A DNA stretch of 63,293 bases, the filler included, from Stramenopiles sp. TOSAG23-3 (lineage: Eukaryota), in assembly GCA_900128585.1 (NCBI GenBank). It is 15 parts of 15 records of this genome, joined end to end, with 100 filler letters (N's around TTAATTAATTAA, not from the genome) between each part and the next. Parts side by side here need not be neighbours in the genome. Positions count along the whole stretch, not along the records: positions 1 to 5,289 come from LT643563.1; positions 5,390 to 10,672 come from LT643564.1; positions 10,773 to 16,054 come from LT643565.1; 12 more parts are not named here. The stretch is one strand, 5' to 3'. The position numbers were made by a program, and so were the translations under genes. Below the pieces are notes generated by a model. The model saw only the letters and a program-made list of their open reading frames with translations. It was not told the DNA's origin and made no database searches. Shown in pieces: positions 1-11,830 of the stretch (position 1 is the stretch's first letter; each line of letters opens with the position of its first letter).

Positions 1-115
1 GACCAATCAATTGGAATCTTGACCAGAACTTGGGAAGGATCTGCAATAGGAGGAGATATTGTTCTTGAACTGACACCTTCTTTTTTCTTTTTAAATATTT
101 TAATTATCATACTCT

Positions 116-306
116 AAATAACAGCCAATTTTTTGTTTTAATATAATGGACAAAAGGAGCAGATTCATTTTCGCAGGTACATGAGGAACATAAATTTTAA
201 TTACTTACTTCGTAATCTTCATAGTACTAAAATAACGTGGCCAATTTTTTGTTTTATTATTTAGACATTTTATTACATATTAAAATAACAGCCAATTTTT
301 TGTTTT
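116..306 (+). repeat. Three copies of dispersed 3'-end motif AAATAACAGCCAATTTTTTGTTTT (116-139, variant 230-255, 283-306)
   Basis: Read directly; the same motif recurs at 13582, 13697, 34577 (rc), 46617 (rc) and 56928. Confidence 0.85.
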
Positions 307-391
307 TAATATTAATGTCGTGCGAAGCAAGTCGCGAGTATTTCAAGACAAGAGGAATCTTCATCAGATAAGAGCTTCCCTTAAAAAATTT

Positions 392-3300
392 TTACATGTT
401 CCAATCCTTCCAACCTAGATAAACGGATTGCTTCAAAACGCCGGCTTTGACCAATGCTTCTAGCATTTTGACAATGTCTTCATTCTTCAAACTGTTGCAC
501 AGGCCTATATTGTGGACAGCATCGCAGCACCCCTCGTTGCTTGTGTCCCCTTGTGCGTCAACGACGGTCTTCAATATTTCTATTGCGTCAGCAGAAATTT
601 CAGTTTTTGATTCGCTCCCGGCCAAGACGGCGGCAGTAACCCCAAACGCCACATCCCCTTGATCAAGCGACTTTTTGTTCAGCCCCGAGGTTGCCCCTCG
701 AAGCCAGTCGCATAGTTCAGCTGTGTCCGTGACCGTTGCTTTCTGCTTGGAAAAGTTTAGGGCTATTTCAAACCCTGGCATTGCGCCGGAGAATACCCCT
801 GGGGCTTCTCCGAGCATTCGTTCCGCAGCGGACATGCGGGCCATGCGCAACAGCCAGACCAAGCCCGATCGAAACATTTTATGGATTCCTTCGTCCGACA
901 AATCACCGCCTAGCGATTTTACAGTCGCAATGATTGTGAGGGAAAGGCGTGCGATAAGTTGGCCATTGAACACGTCCGCAAATACAGGCTTCAGAGACGA
1001 CATTACCTTCAGCCCGGTCACCGACTTCTCGGCGATCAGGGTACCGAACAAGGCACCAAACCATTCATCGCATTTTGGGGCATCAAACTTCAGGTCCGAC
1101 AACTCGGCGGCCAGCGTGTTAACACTGGCCAAAAACTCTTTTTGAGCCACGAGGGGATTCCCGTCTGCAGGCTTGAGCAACGTCGAAATCAGCTTGGTCA
1201 AACTTTCTCGGTCTTTGTCCTTCATGTCGAGGAACAGCGAGAAAATGCAAGCAACGAGCGATGCGTTGATTTTGGACGACCCGCTATTTTGCTTCGTTTC
1301 CAAAACATTCAGCTTCAGCTCCTCGAACTTCTGAATAGACAGGTATTCTTTCAAGGTCGCTTTTATATCCCGATCGACCTTTTCTTGCGGCCACTGCGCC
1401 GCCGTCACTGGCGCTTTGCGCGCCTCCTGGGTTGGTGTGTTTGATACCGACTTCTTCTTCAAGTTAAGCTTTGGCCGCTCTTTTGGAGCGTCTCTCGAGT
1501 TGTTGCTGCTGCTACTACCAGACGACCTTCTGCTGCCCCTGTTGTCCTGTTTCCCCTTATTGTCGCCGCCGCGCTTGTCCTGCTTCCCCCTGCTCCTAAT
1601 ATCGCCATTGCCCATTGAGCTGCGACCCTGTCTTCTATCATCGTTGTTTCGTCGGTTGTTGTAACCGCCCGAGCGGCGAGATTCCATCTCCTTTTGCCTT
1701 TCCTCGCGTTCAAACTCTTTCTTGATTTCGTCCTTCGTCTTGGCAACCACCTTCTTTCTTCGCTCCTTCCATCGCGAGTTCCGCAAATCGATGAGATCTA
1801 ATATCTGAAAATTGACTCGGGCTGGGAGAGTCTCGAGCTCCCGAATGGCCGTCAGCTTCTTGTAAAACGCGTCGACGTCTTCTCGTTGGATCGATGGTTT
1901 ATTCTTCTTCTTCCCGCTATCTTTCCCGTCTTTGCCCCGCTTGTTCCGTTTCCCCCCCTTTCCGCCCCCTTGGCGGTCCAAATTTTGGCCGACACTGGTA
2001 AGCAGCTTGCAGCACATTTCGATCGAGTCCTCTTCCGGGTCCTCCCCATCCTTCGGCAGCAATACGTCGATGCACCCGGTCAGAACAACTGGGGGAAGCA
2101 TCTCTTTCTTGTAAAGCTCGCCGATAAAGTTTATGTTACCCAGTTTGTTCTTCTTGTGACTTTTTCTATCTTGCTCCTGTTCCCGCGCGCGCGCCCTCTT
2201 CTCCGCCGCGGTCATGTCTTTTGCGTCATTGTCCTCTTGTGCGGCGGCAGCCTGGTACTTTTCCTCCGCTTCGAATTTAGTTTGGCATTTCTGAAGCAGC
2301 ATTCGCTGAAAATCTGTACGTTTCTTCCCTTGTTTCAGGGCCTTTTCTTTGGTGTCGTAGGGCCCCCCCTCGACGTTCGCTTCGAGCGTACCACTGTAAC
2401 CAGCATTGAAGTAGAACTTGCCGTCCTCTCGGGCTTCCGTTTTGATAATGTTTTGCTGCCATTCGCTGGTAGCGGTGGACAGGCGCACGGCAAAATCGGC
2501 GTAGACATCGCCCAAATACGCCTGGGTGATCGCCTTTTCAAAAACGAGACTCACTAACGCCTCAAGGCAAACCAGATCACTCACCTTCATTGCCAAAATA
2601 CTATCCAAAATTTTCTTTTCGTTTTCTCGAGTCAACTTGTTCAGCCCCGCGTTGACCTTCTTCTTCAGCACAGCCAGCGGGTCCTCGTCCGCGACCTTCT
2701 TCTTGCTGTTCGGTTTCCACGCATTTTCACTGCGAAGGAGCGGCTTGTTCATCAGCTGCTCCATGGCACGCTGCCGGTGGGAGGGCTTTCGCATTTGCCC
2801 CGTCGGGATAAAGTTAAGGCCCATCAGAAAGGCCGGCTTTTCCCGGCAAAATTTGGACTCCTCGCAGATAGCTTTCAGTTCGCTCACCGTTTTCACCCGG
2901 GACGTGTCGACCGCTTTCGGCACCCACGTGCCTATGGCCGGCGGCGGCAATTCCCAAACAATGCTGCTCATTGACGGCATGCTGTTCCTTCCGCCCTGGC
3001 CACCACCACCACCGCCGCGGTTGCCTTGGTGGTTCCGGTTGTTGTTGTTCCGGTTGTTGTTCCTGCCGAAGTTCCCATGCTGGTTGTTGGGCTGGGCCGG
3101 AACCCGAACGCGCCCTTGCCCGATTCTGGAGAGCAGCTGGGCGTTCGCAGGGCCAGCTTTGGCTTGCTGGTACGCCTCCTTCAGCGCATGAGGCTTGTTC
3201 AGCATGTCCATGACACGGGCGTAGCCCTGCTTCACCAACGACGTGCAGATGGATTTCGTTTTCAAGCCCCCCCCCAAGCCTTTCACCAGCGGCATCAGGT

Positions 3301-4492
3301 TCGCCGCCGCGGCCACTTCCCAGCCCGGCTTGTTGGGAATCGAGACGCCCTTCCGGCCTTCGCCGCTGTCCTTGGCAGTGCCCTGGGCGCCCGCGGTGGG
3401 TTTGCTGGCCGGGGAATCGACCCCCCGCCGCTGCGAAACGGGGGCGGGCGGTTTGCCGCCGGCCGCGTTCCTTCGCCCGAACCCTTCGGGCGCGCCGAAG
3501 CCTTGCTGCCGGCTGTTCACCTGGCCCTTGCCCTGGTCCCCGGCGGACCGCCTGCTCGCGACGACGGGGGTCGTGGCCGGCGCGCGTTGCAGGGGCATGC
3601 GCTTCCCGTTCCCCTTGGGAGCGCCGGCGGGAAGATCGCTCTTTTGGGAGAGTTCCAGCTTGGCCAACCCCTTCGCGGGCTTCTGGTTCGATTCGGCGAC
3701 CCGCATGCCCTGCATGCCGGAGACGAGTCCGTTGACACCGCCGCCCGAGGGCTTTGCGGCGGCCGCCTTCGCCACGCCCGCCTTCTCCACGCCCGCTTTC
3801 TTCGCGGCTTCGCTGGCGGCCCGCTTCGCCGCGGCGGCCTTATCGGCCTTCTCCTTCTTTTCGTCCTCCATCTTCTTCTCCCACTTCGTGCCGTCGCCAC
3901 CGGATTTTATGTCGTCCTTCTTCAGGTTCGCCAGCACCTCCGCCATGAAGTCAATCTTCGGCCCCGAGGCTTTGGCGGGAGCGGCGGCGGCGGCGGCGGC
4001 GGCCTTGGCCGGTTTCGCCTTGGGCGCGGGCGCCTTCTTCTGCACGGGCTTTGGCTTTGGTTTCTCCGCCACCGGGGCGCTGGCCTTCGTGGGCGCCGGC
4101 TTCCCCTGCGGGGCGCCGGCCTTCTTCTCCACGGGGCCTTTGTTCCCCTTCTTCTTCTCCTCCTCCTTCTCCTGGGCAAGCTTTGCCAGGAGCGCTTCCT
4201 TCATCAGGTTTCGCTTCGGCGCGGGGGCCTGCTGGGCCGGGGCGCGGCCCGCGCCCATGTGCTGGGCCATGGGGCCCCGCGCGGCGGCCTGCATCGCCGC
4301 CATGTTGTTGTACGCCCCCGGCATCCCGTACGGGGGGAACCGGTTGCCGATCATGGGGCCGCGGGCGCCCATTCCCATGGGGCCACGGGGCTGCCCGCCT
4401 CGGGGCGGCATGGCCATGGGCCTCTGGCTGGGCCCCCTCGGCTGCATCGCCTGGTGCTGCTTGGGCATCCCCGGCTGGCCCACGGGCGGCAT
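392..4492 (-). CDS. EIF4G: Eukaryotic translation initiation factor 4G (low-complexity N-terminus, MIF4G, MA3, W2-like C-terminus); 5' end uncertain
   Basis: MIF4G hallmarks (LNKLTREN, LVFEKAI, FQRMLLQKCQTKFE, KLGNINFIGELYK, SIEMCCKLLTSVG, PARVNFQILDLIDLRNSRW), then MA3-like (IKATLKEYL) and a Trp-containing C-terminus. First ATG is at 4492; the frame stays open to 4570. Confidence 0.92.
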   Translation of the reverse strand: MPPVGQPGMPKQHQAMQPRGPSQRPMAMPPRGGQPRGPMGMGARGPMIGNRFPPYGMPGAYNNMAAMQAAARGPMAQHMGAGRAPAQQAPAPKRNLMKEALLAKLAQEKEEEKKKGNKGPVEKKAGAPQGKPAPTKASAPVAEKPKPKPVQKKAPAPKAKPAKAAAAAAAAPAKASGPKIDFMAEVLANLKKDDIKSGGDGTKWEKKMEDEKKEKADKAAAAKRAASEAAKKAGVEKAGVAKAAAAKPSGGGVNGLVSGMQGMRVAESNQKPAKGLAKLELSQKSDLPAGAPKGNGKRMPLQRAPATTPVVASRRSAGDQGKGQVNSRQQGFGAPEGFGRRNAAGGKPPAPVSQRRGVDSPASKPTAGAQGTAKDSGEGRKGVSIPNKPGWEVAAAANLMPLVKGLGGGLKTKSICTSLVKQGYARVMDMLNKPHALKEAYQQAKAGPANAQLLSRIGQGRVRVPAQPNNQHGNFGRNNNRNNNNRNHQGNRGGGGGGQGGRNSMPSMSSIVWELPPPAIGTWVPKAVDTSRVKTVSELKAICEESKFCREKPAFLMGLNFIPTGQMRKPSHRQRAMEQLMNKPLLRSENAWKPNSKKKVADEDPLAVLKKKVNAGLNKLTRENEKKILDSILAMKVSDLVCLEALVSLVFEKAITQAYLGDVYADFAVRLSTATSEWQQNIIKTEAREDGKFYFNAGYSGTLEANVEGGPYDTKEKALKQGKKRTDFQRMLLQKCQTKFEAEEKYQAAAAQEDNDAKDMTAAEKRARAREQEQDRKSHKKNKLGNINFIGELYKKEMLPPVVLTGCIDVLLPKDGEDPEEDSIEMCCKLLTSVGQNLDRQGGGKGGKRNKRGKDGKDSGKKKNKPSIQREDVDAFYKKLTAIRELETLPARVNFQILDLIDLRNSRWKERRKKVVAKTKDEIKKEFEREERQKEMESRRSGGYNNRRNNDDRRQGRSSMGNGDIRSRGKQDKRGGDNKGKQDNRGSRRSSGSSSSNNSRDAPKERPKLNLKKKSVSNTPTQEARKAPVTAAQWPQEKVDRDIKATLKEYLSIQKFEELKLNVLETKQNSGSSKINASLVACIFSLFLDMKDKDRESLTKLISTLLKPADGNPLVAQKEFLASVNTLAAELSDLKFDAPKCDEWFGALFGTLIAEKSVTGLKVMSSLKPVFADVFNGQLIARLSLTIIATVKSLGGDLSDEGIHKMFRSGLVWLLRMARMSAAERMLGEAPGVFSGAMPGFEIALNFSKQKATVTDTAELCDWLRGATSGLNKKSLDQGDVAFGVTAAVLAGSESKTEISADAIEILKTVVDAQGDTSNEGCCDAVHNIGLCNSLKNEDIVKMLEALVKAGVLKQSVYLGWKDWNM

Positions 4493-4544
4493 GGCCCTTG
4501 GGCGCTGGCCGGGCCCACGCGCCGACGGGGCGCGCCCCGGCGAG

Positions 4545-5289
4545 GCCAGCGAGGAGTCCGTGGAGGACACCCCGGAAATGTTCTTTCAATCGATCGTTAT
4601 CTCCTCGGTGAAGTTGAAAATGGACTACCACCCGAAGCGGGTGGACTTGAATGGGCTGAGAGAGGGCAACTACGTCGAACTCTTGAACGTCCTTCCGATG
4701 GAAGGCCTCTGCCTCCTTCTCCCCAAGGTGGAATTGTACTCGCTCAACGGGTTTGGGGAGCTGGGCGAGAAAGTCACGGAAGTCTGGGCCAAGGAGATCG
4801 TGGAGAGGCAGCTCCACCACCTTGCTGCAGGGATAAACGTGCCCCCCGTGCGCTCGCTCGCTAACGTGTGCAACGGCGCGGCGGACGTCGTCCTGCTGCC
4901 CTTGCAGCAGTACAAAGAAGGCCACCTCCACCGCGTCGCCCCGGCCGTCGGGAAAGGCGCCTCCTCGTTCCTTCACACGATGACGCTGGAAGCGTTGAGC
5001 AACGCGTCGCGGCTGGCAGCGACCACCCAGAATGTCCTGGAGGCCGCCGACAGCTGGGTGCGCAGCGGACGGCAGGGCCGAGGGAAGAAAGGCCGACGGG
5101 ACCGTAAGCAGCCCGGGGCAGGCGGCGGGCGGCCCCGGTCGACGTCCAACCCATTCTCCGACCAGCCGGCGAACTTTACCGAAGCCCTGGCGCAGGCGGC
5201 CGACCGATTGTCCCGCCGCGCCAAGCAGGCCTCGCGCACCGTCGTGGCTGTCCCCGTGGGCCAGTACCGCCGCCGCGGGATCGGCGGGG
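4545..5289 (+). CDS. ATG2: Autophagy protein ATG2, C-terminal region only (fragment, open at contig end)
   Basis: KLKMDYHPKRVDLNGLREGNYVELLNVL...EVWAKEIVERQL..LAAGINVPPVRSLANVCNGAADVVLLPLQQY..GKGASSF, then SDQPANFTEAL, match remembered ATG2 C-terminal motifs. The long N-terminal part expected for ATG2 is absent. Confidence 0.82.
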
Positions 5290-5389
5290 NNNNNNNNNNN
5301 NNNNNNNNNNNNNNNNNNNNNNNNNNNNNNNNNTTAATTAATTAANNNNNNNNNNNNNNNNNNNNNNNNNNNNNNNNNNNNNNNNNNNN
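5290..5389. other. Artificial contig linker N44-TTAATTAATTAA-N44 (first of 14; others start at 10673, 16055, 21431, 26798, 32157, 37511, 42859, 48205, 53549, 58893, 59994, 61094, 62194)
   Basis: Identical 100-nt spacer with stops in all six frames; the flanked segments decrease monotonically in length. Confidence 0.99.
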
Positions 5390-5468
5390 AGAGAAGAAGA
5401 GAAGAAGAGAAGAAGAGAAGAAGAGAAGAAGAGAAGAAGAGAAGAAGAGAAGAAGAGAAGAAGAGAAG
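5390..5468 (+). repeat. Purine microsatellite, 8-nt unit GAGAAGAA
   Basis: Tandem array at contig start. Confidence 0.95.
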
Positions 5469-6327
5469 CAATCAATCAACAAAATACATATCAGCTAATC
5501 AGCTCTCAGCTCAGCATGAATGATTAAATAAATGTACTTATTTTATGTATTTGTATTCTAACATATAGGGGAAATACAGAAGAACATCCCAACCACAACT
5601 ATTAGCTCTGAACTCTGAACCAACCAACCTTGTCGTCTTCGTACCTCATCATCTCTTTTTCTCATTGGCCATTATTTCACCATCTTTCTTCATTTTATTA
5701 AAATTCGTTTTTGATAATGCTATCTTGATATTAATAGCTACGTTGGTCTTCTTTTTTTTTTTAGTATAATATTTTATAGACTTTATATAGAAGAAGAAGA
5801 ACTGATGCTGCACGCAACAAAAAAGAAGAAGAAAGAAGATATTTAAGCACAGTATGTAGAAGGCGGGCTGCCAGGCTGCAGGGCGCTTTTTTTTTTTTTT
5901 TTTTGTGTGTTGTTCCTTGTTGTTGGTTGTTTGGTTGTTGATGATTCTTCCTTCTTCTTCTTTTTTTTTTGTTTCTCTCTTCTTCGCCGCCGCTCTCCTC
6001 GCTGCTGCTGCTACCTACTTATTATTATTATTTNNNNNNNNNNNNCTTCTTCTTCTTCTCGCACTTTTTATTAATTATTTTTTTAATAATAATTTAGAAT
6101 AAGGGGGAGTATCAATCTACGATGTTAGTTCTAAACCACAATTAGATCAATGATAGATCCAAAATGGATTTCGCAAGTTAAGTTTGCAAAATGAAAGAAA
6201 TGCAAATGAAAACATAGAAAGTTTGTAGTGTTGGAAGGAACGTTTTACTTGCCCCGAAAGTACTGGAAGGGTGCGTGGAAAGTGAGAGAACGCTCCTCAC
6301 GGCGTATCCCAAAGTACCCCTCCATAA

Positions 6328-7976
<1,649 letters not shown>

Positions 7977-8098
7977 AGTAACGGGGTGGGTCAGGGACAT
8001 TATTTAGTTCTTTAAAACATTAAGTTTAACATTAATTTTAATGCACCACTCAGTGCCAAATCATTTCACGCGGCACTACCCGAAAACTTTCCCTTGCT

Positions 8099-9775
8099 TT
8101 ACTCGTACGCACTGATTTCTTCTCTCATCTCGCTAAGGAACATTTGAATTGCCTCTGTGTGGTTCGAATAAATGCTTCGAATGTCCATGACTGCATGGCG
8201 GTTGCGATTCCATTCCTCTTCCCTCGACTTTGCAAACAAAGATTTTGTCTGGTTCAGTGCCCTCTCACGCAATTCTTCTTCGACACCCAGCAGCTTGCTC
8301 AGGTGCGTATCGTGGGCAGTCGCAATGCTTGTGTTCAGCGTTTCTTTGTCGGCAAGTAACCCACGGCACTCGTCTGTGACATCTTCCAGCTCGTCGTTTG
8401 TTGCTTTCTCTAATAAGTCTGATACCAGGGCAGAGACCATTTCAAAGTAAGCGTTTTCGGAGTCCTCCGCCCCACGAAAATATCGCTCCATGACTTCGGC
8501 GCTCTTCTCCTTCATTTTTCCATAACGAACTTCAAACTCGCTGAGGATGAGTTCGCACTCTTCGGACAAAAGCAATTCGTTTTCCATGAGCGATTCTTTC
8601 AACCCGCTCAAATCCGACTTCAAACCATCAAAATCTTTTTCTGAAATTGGAGGTACTTCCTCGTCCTCGTCCATGGCGGTCTCTACACGGGTTCGAATCT
8701 CTTCAAATAACGTCTTCTCCTTCGCGCTGTACTCGGAAACAATCTGCACCGACTTCTTCTGACTCGCGTCTCTAGCACTCTTGGTAGCATCCTGAAAGTC
8801 CTTTAATTCTACCTTTTGGTCCTCGTACAGCTTTATACCATCGCCTTTGACGTCTTCGCCCAAACCAGAGAGCCTCTCTGCATAATCAGATTTTATCTCG
8901 TCCAAACCCTTCAGGGGCGCCTCTAGCAACTTCTGGGTTTCTGGGTCTTCGCGGAACATTACATCCATGAGTGTGGTGATTGGGTCGATGTTTGCATCTT
9001 GGTACTTCTTCAACGTGGTTTCTTTCTTCGACCTGGTCTGCTCCGACTCCTGCTGCATCTTTTCGTGCTCTGCGAGCTCCTGCAAATCATCCTGGTACTG
9101 CTCTTTGGCCAAGGTTACATCGGAAGCATCCACCAAAATGAAATCAAAGAACCGGATGCTGGACAAAAACGCCAGCACAATCATCTTGTACTCCGGGTCT
9201 TCACACACTGGATTCCCGTCCATACTGAGAACGTTCAATTTTTTGAATTCCCTCAACGTTTTGATTTCTTTGACATCGCTCAAATTATTGTTCCCGATTG
9301 ATAAAACGTTCAAGTTGACTAATTTCTCCAACCCTGCGAGCGATGATATGGAATTGTTGAACAATGTCAGGTCCGTTAATTTTGTCAACGATTGAAGCCC
9401 GCTGATCTCTTCGATGTTATTAAACGAAAGGTCCAGCCACGTCAAATTTGACAAATGCTCCAAATTTTCCATCACTTTAATTGTATTGTTGTCCAGTTTG
9501 AGCGTGTGCAAACTTTTTAAGCCGTCTAAATTTGAGATACGAGACACGTTATTGAACGACAAGGATAGTATTTCAATTTCTTCAAAGTCCACTTCCATTT
9601 GGTCGAACTTAATTTTCGTTTTCTTTTTTTCCTCCCCACGCTTTTTCTCCCGCTCCCTTCGAGCGGCGGCCTTTTCTTCGTAGTTTTGTTTGATCGCCGA
9701 TATAACCGATGCCCGTATCATCTTGTCATCGATGACTCCCTGCAAAGGGACAGTCAGCGCCATCTTTCGTGACAT
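8099..9775 (-). CDS. DRC3: Dynein regulatory complex subunit 3 (LRRC48)
   Basis: N-terminal SDS22-type LRRs (LSLSFNNVSRISNL, LKLDNNTI, LTWLDLSFNNIEEISGL, LTDLTLFNN, LSIGNN), LRR cap (GNPVCEDPEY), then long helical C-terminus with HDTHLSKL..EE and EEWNRNR. Confidence 0.88.
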   Translation of the reverse strand: MSRKMALTVPLQGVIDDKMIRASVISAIKQNYEEKAAARREREKKRGEEKKKTKIKFDQMEVDFEEIEILSLSFNNVSRISNLDGLKSLHTLKLDNNTIKVMENLEHLSNLTWLDLSFNNIEEISGLQSLTKLTDLTLFNNSISSLAGLEKLVNLNVLSIGNNNLSDVKEIKTLREFKKLNVLSMDGNPVCEDPEYKMIVLAFLSSIRFFDFILVDASDVTLAKEQYQDDLQELAEHEKMQQESEQTRSKKETTLKKYQDANIDPITTLMDVMFREDPETQKLLEAPLKGLDEIKSDYAERLSGLGEDVKGDGIKLYEDQKVELKDFQDATKSARDASQKKSVQIVSEYSAKEKTLFEEIRTRVETAMDEDEEVPPISEKDFDGLKSDLSGLKESLMENELLLSEECELILSEFEVRYGKMKEKSAEVMERYFRGAEDSENAYFEMVSALVSDLLEKATNDELEDVTDECRGLLADKETLNTSIATAHDTHLSKLLGVEEELRERALNQTKSLFAKSREEEWNRNRHAVMDIRSIYSNHTEAIQMFLSEMREEISAYE

Positions 9776-10772
9776 GATGGGTTTATTCGGTGCAAGACTA
9801 GGATCGCCTTAAACTTTGCAACAAAATGTATTTAATAATATTAAACCGCCTGCAATCCACTTGCACGTATAGAATGATATAAAAAAGGTCATAAATATTT
9901 TATTTCTGTCCATGAGTGTACAACAACTTCACTTATACTCATCGGTGTGGATGACACCAATCCAATTTTTATTTAAACAAACAAACGCCGCCCCCGCATC
10001 ATCATATTATAATATATTTTAATTTTTAAAAAACAGGCAGCAGCAACGATCCGACGTCCGTTGAGTTTGTTATTTTTTATAATATAATACTATTATTTAA
10101 CTTTTTTTTAAAACTATTTAATAAAAATTATATTTTACAGTGACACAGTACATAGTATATCTTCCTATGGAGGAGCCTAACCGTCAAAAAAGAATTGAAC
10201 CATATATTCGTAGCGTAGCAATATATAGATAGACAGTATTTGTATTCCTATGTATACTTTAAAATGAGAAAAGGAATTGTATTATAATTATATAAATATA
10301 AACAATACTAAAATTTAATAGAGGGAATTATGAATATCGGTAAAATAACACAGGTAAGAGAAGAGATGCAAAACCTTTTGCAAAACGGTTAGAGTCCATC
10401 ATAGCGAATAAATCACAAGTTGAAACGCTTTTTTTATCTGTAGTACCTGGTGTACCGTATTATATAAATACCTGGATTCCTACCTTACCGGTTCGCACAT
10501 TGTTCCAGAGTGGGTACGGTAGTAGAAATATTTTTTTTGTGTTATTTTTTTCCGAAATATAATTTAAGTATAATTATTAATATTTATGAAAAAATGCGAT
10601 GTGGAAAAAGTAGGAAGGGAAGAAGAAGAGGATCAGAGGATGATGCAAATTAAAATTATTATTTTTAGGTCTNNNNNNNNNNNNNNNNNNNNNNNNNNNN
10701 NNNNNNNNNNNNNNNNTTAATTAATTAANNNNNNNNNNNNNNNNNNNNNNNNNNNNNNNNNNNNNNNNNNNN

Positions 10773-10996
10773 AAGAAGAAGAAGAAGAAGAAGAAAAGAA
10801 GAAGAAGAAGAAGAAGAAGAAGAAGAAGAAGAAGAAGAAGAAGAAGAAGAAAGAAAGAAGAAGAAGAAAAGAAGAAGAAGAAAGAAGAAAGAAGAAAGAA
10901 GAAGAAAGAAGAAAGAAGAAAGAAGAAAGAAGAAAGAAGAAAGAAGAAAAAAGAAAAAAGAAGAAGAAGAAGAAGAAGAAAGAAGAAGACGAAGAT
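10773..10996 (+). repeat. (GAA)n-type microsatellite
   Basis: Read directly. Confidence 0.95.
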
Positions 10997-11830
10997 GTCG
11001 TATTATTTGTTGTATTTATAGACTTAATAAATCATAGGAACCTACCAAGCACTAGACTCTCCTAGTACTAGAATCTGTTTTCTAATTTAAGGATATGTAT
11101 GTATGTATGTATGTATATTATATTAATTATGTAGTATCTATACTTAAATCATAAATATATTGAATGACGAATAACATTACTGTACCTTAATTATAATACA
11201 GAGACAAACACAGGGGAAATAAAAACCGAGTTATTTCGATAGTAACTGAAAAAATTCGTTAAACGCTTATTGTTTGTAACAATTTTATATTGTTATTTCT
11301 TCCTCTTCTTTGCCTTTCTTAGCCCTGCTACGTACAGGCCGATTTCCGTGCCATTGTTTTTGCTGATACAGTTATGGTGCTACGGTACCGGAACTTCCTC
11401 ATAGTGTGCCGAGGGTTAGTTGATTATTAGTGAGGGGGTATTAATACGGAGGGGGAAATAGTACAGCAGTACACTAAAGTTAGCTTTTTATTATGGATGA
11501 TGATGTTTTTTCACCAAGATCATCATGAAGACTACGAGGACAGTACCTGTACCGTACCTGGTATAAACACCACATCATCACATCTCCTGACATAAATCGC
11601 CGTGGTGGTGCGATGCAAGACAGAAGTGGACCCTCCAGAGTCTTCTCCATTGGGAAAAAGTTCGTGAACTCTCTTCGCATATGGCCTACTCTTTTTGAAT
11701 TCGATCGAAGTCTGTAACCGAGCCTCGTTGGTGGATTAAATCCCTCCGCTTTTGGGACGTTCCTAGTCGCATCATTTGTTGCAGTATAAGAGGTTCGGAA
11801 TAGTTAGTCGATTAAGGGCACAACGAACGT

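Noticed and set aside
3026-4976. Long overlapping ORFs (3026-4864 +, 3951-4976 -, 5' part of 3243-5345 +)
   Set aside because: Shadow frames of GC-rich, low-complexity eIF4G and ATG2 sequence with no recognisable protein features.
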